A stretch of DNA of 6,143 nt from Candidatus Woesearchaeota archaeon (GTDB lineage Archaea > Nanobdellota > Nanobdellia > Nanobdellales > Nanobdellaceae). The notes under the pieces are model-generated. The model did no database searches. It saw only the letters and a list, made by a program, of their open reading frames with translations, and was not told the DNA's origin. A program made the translations under genes and the position numbers. Positions 5,371-6,143 of the stretch are shown piece after piece (the first letter of the stretch is position 1; every line of letters starts with the position of its first letter). The stretch covers positions 1 to 6,143 of the forward strand of contig CAYXSZ010000057.1 of the NCBI GenBank assembly GCA_964468425.1. Reading direction: 5' to 3'.

Positions 5371-6096
5371 AGCACATCTCAAGCGGATGACAAAATATTC
5401 ATTGTAAAAAAAGACGATAAAGATATTCTTATTGAATTGGATTTTGACAACTTTAATTTCATTCCAAGAATCCCCAAAGATATGCAAACTTTTATAAAAG
5501 GAGTTGGAAAAAAGGTTTTGTTACACCCCCACTTTGAAATATGGCAAGACTTCTTTGTAAGATTTTATAAGCCACCAGAAGAAAAGATTTATGCACTTTT
5601 TCTCCCTTGTTCATTCAGAAAGCCGTATAAGCGCTCTAAAACACATAAAAGTATTATAAGAGCCATTTCAGGATATCCCTGGTTCAAAAAGCTTCATTTA
5701 ATTGTCGTATCTACTCCAGGAGTCGTTCCATGGGAATTTCACGATAGATATCCATTTACACATTATGATTGGCCAGAATGGGAGGAAACAGAAGAAGTTA
5801 AAAAAGATTACATTGAAATAACTAAAGAGAGAGTTAAAAAATACATTGAATCTCATAAAGATCATTATAAGCTTTACTTTGCTTATTTTCATCTAGAATC
5901 TGAGACCTTAGAAGCCATAAAGCAAGCTTTTGAAGAGTTAAATCTCAAAGGTAAATTAATCGAAGTATTAGACAACGAAACTTATGAAAAAATAAAGGAA
6001 GAATTTGGAGATAAGCGAATAGGAAGCTCAGTAGTTAGACATCCCCTAGCTATAAAAAAATTGAAAGAAGTTGTAAATAACTGCTTAACAGTTTAA
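4687..6096 (+). CDS. Fusion protein: radical-SAM domain (RaSEA / TIGR01210-like) + ArcS-type DUF5591 domain; putative single-chain archaeosine synthase
   Basis: 469-aa ORF. The N-terminal half has a Cys triad C14-X4-C19-X2-C22 (ERGKCVWGSCYFCGWG), SSGSFLD (GGE-like SAM motif), ESRPEF and AIGLEAAN blocks typical of Elp3/YhcC/TIGR01210-like radical SAM enzymes. The C-terminal half has LFLPCSFRKPYKRSKTH (aa 305-320), which exactly fits the PC-X3-KPY-X2-S-X2-H signature reported for archaeosine synthase ArcS. It is followed by VVSTPGVVPWEF...YPFTHYDWP.W, typical of DUF5591. There is no internal stop or frame change between the halves. Confidence 0.75.
   Translation: MQDYAVAILERGKCVWGSCYFCGWGKKYKEVSIEDLKKKFLKVIQRKAYGIKIFSSGSFLDEKQFPLEFVKWCIATAKEKGFKEIIFESRPEFITEEKLKEIKTDGIKITVAIGLEAANNEILLKYYNKGFTVEDYLRAVDLLRKHDFGVRTYVLVNGHPVLYKNQELQRKVLEKTIDLTMQTSDSIVIINAYPHKDSKLLLDWMNKEWFPLDKQQFYNLVLNVLKKYSTSQADDKIFIVKKDDKDILIELDFDNFNFIPRIPKDMQTFIKGVGKKVLLHPHFEIWQDFFVRFYKPPEEKIYALFLPCSFRKPYKRSKTHKSIIRAISGYPWFKKLHLIVVSTPGVVPWEFHDRYPFTHYDWPEWEETEEVKKDYIEITKERVKKYIESHKDHYKLYFAYFHLESETLEAIKQAFEELNLKGKLIEVLDNETYEKIKEEFGDKRIGSSVVRHPLAIKKLKEVVNNCLTV
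5572..6093 (+). other. ArcS-type DUF5591 domain of the fusion protein, approx. aa 296-469
   Basis: Signature PCSFRKPYKRSKTH encoded at nt 5605-5646 (CCT TGT at 5605-5610 checked). Downstream block HLIVVSTPGVVPWEFHDRYPFTHYDWPEWEE. Domain limits are estimated by eye. Aa 229-295 between the two domains match nothing I recognise. Confidence 0.6.
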
Positions 6097-6143
6097 ATCG
6101 CTCCGTTGGCACTTTTAACAACTTCTCTATAACATTCTTAAGC

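Noticed and set aside
5698-5892. 64-aa minus-strand ORF from the track
   Set aside because: It is antisense to the DUF5591 half of the fusion gene. The Phe/Ile/Asn-rich sequence is what the reverse frame of a Lys/Glu-rich gene produces.
6050-6143. Minus-strand frame open from the right window edge (LKNVIEKLLKVPTERFKLLSSYLQLLSIFL*, stop at 6050-6052), possibly the C-terminus of a convergent gene
   Set aside because: Only 30 codons are visible, there is no motif, and it would overlap the fusion gene's 3' end by ~44 nt. This cannot be supported without sequence beyond 6143.
1-6143. Scan for CRISPR repeats, IS/transposon ends, tRNA/rRNA genes, and nucleotide-level repeats among the three GH130 paralogues
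   Set aside because: I found no regularly spaced direct repeats, no terminal inverted repeats, no transposase- or integrase-like ORF, and no tRNA-like or rRNA-like segment. The GH130 paralogues are similar only at the protein-motif level, so they are not a recent tandem duplication.

Overview
AT-rich window that looks archaeal: a pilin with a class III signal peptide, archaeosine-pathway domains, TATA-like elements about 27 nt upstream of start codons, and Lys/Glu/Ile-rich proteins. Layout: (i) 1-236 (-) is the N-terminal part of an archaeal type IV pilin-like protein. It is absent from the ORF track because it runs off the left edge. (ii) 4534->276 (-) is a tightly packed leftward operon: an alpha-D-phosphohexomutase (PMM/PGM type) followed by three divergent GH130/DUF377 (beta-mannoside phosphorylase family) paralogues with overlapping stop/start junctions. 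(iii) 4535-4686 is a 152-bp AT-rich divergent promoter region. (iv) 4687-6096 (+) is a single 469-aa polypeptide joining a radical-SAM domain (RaSEA/TIGR01210-like, CX4CX2C) to an ArcS-type DUF5591 domain with a perfect PC-X3-KPY-X2-S-X2-H signature. That puts both halves of the two-protein archaeosine synthase system in one short chain with no recognisable PUA/tRNA-binding module. Most noteworthy are four things: the RaSEA-ArcS fusion; the PMM + 3xGH130 module, whose middle paralogue has lost basic residues conserved in its neighbours; a 72-aa Lys/Arg-rich C-terminal tail on the third GH130, encoded out of frame inside the next gene (221-230 nt same-strand overlap); and a hand-sampled GC discontinuity of about 41% vs 28% across the divergent promoter. 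I saw no rRNA, tRNA, CRISPR array, IS element or long repeat. All family assignments come from motif recognition by eye; no searches were run.
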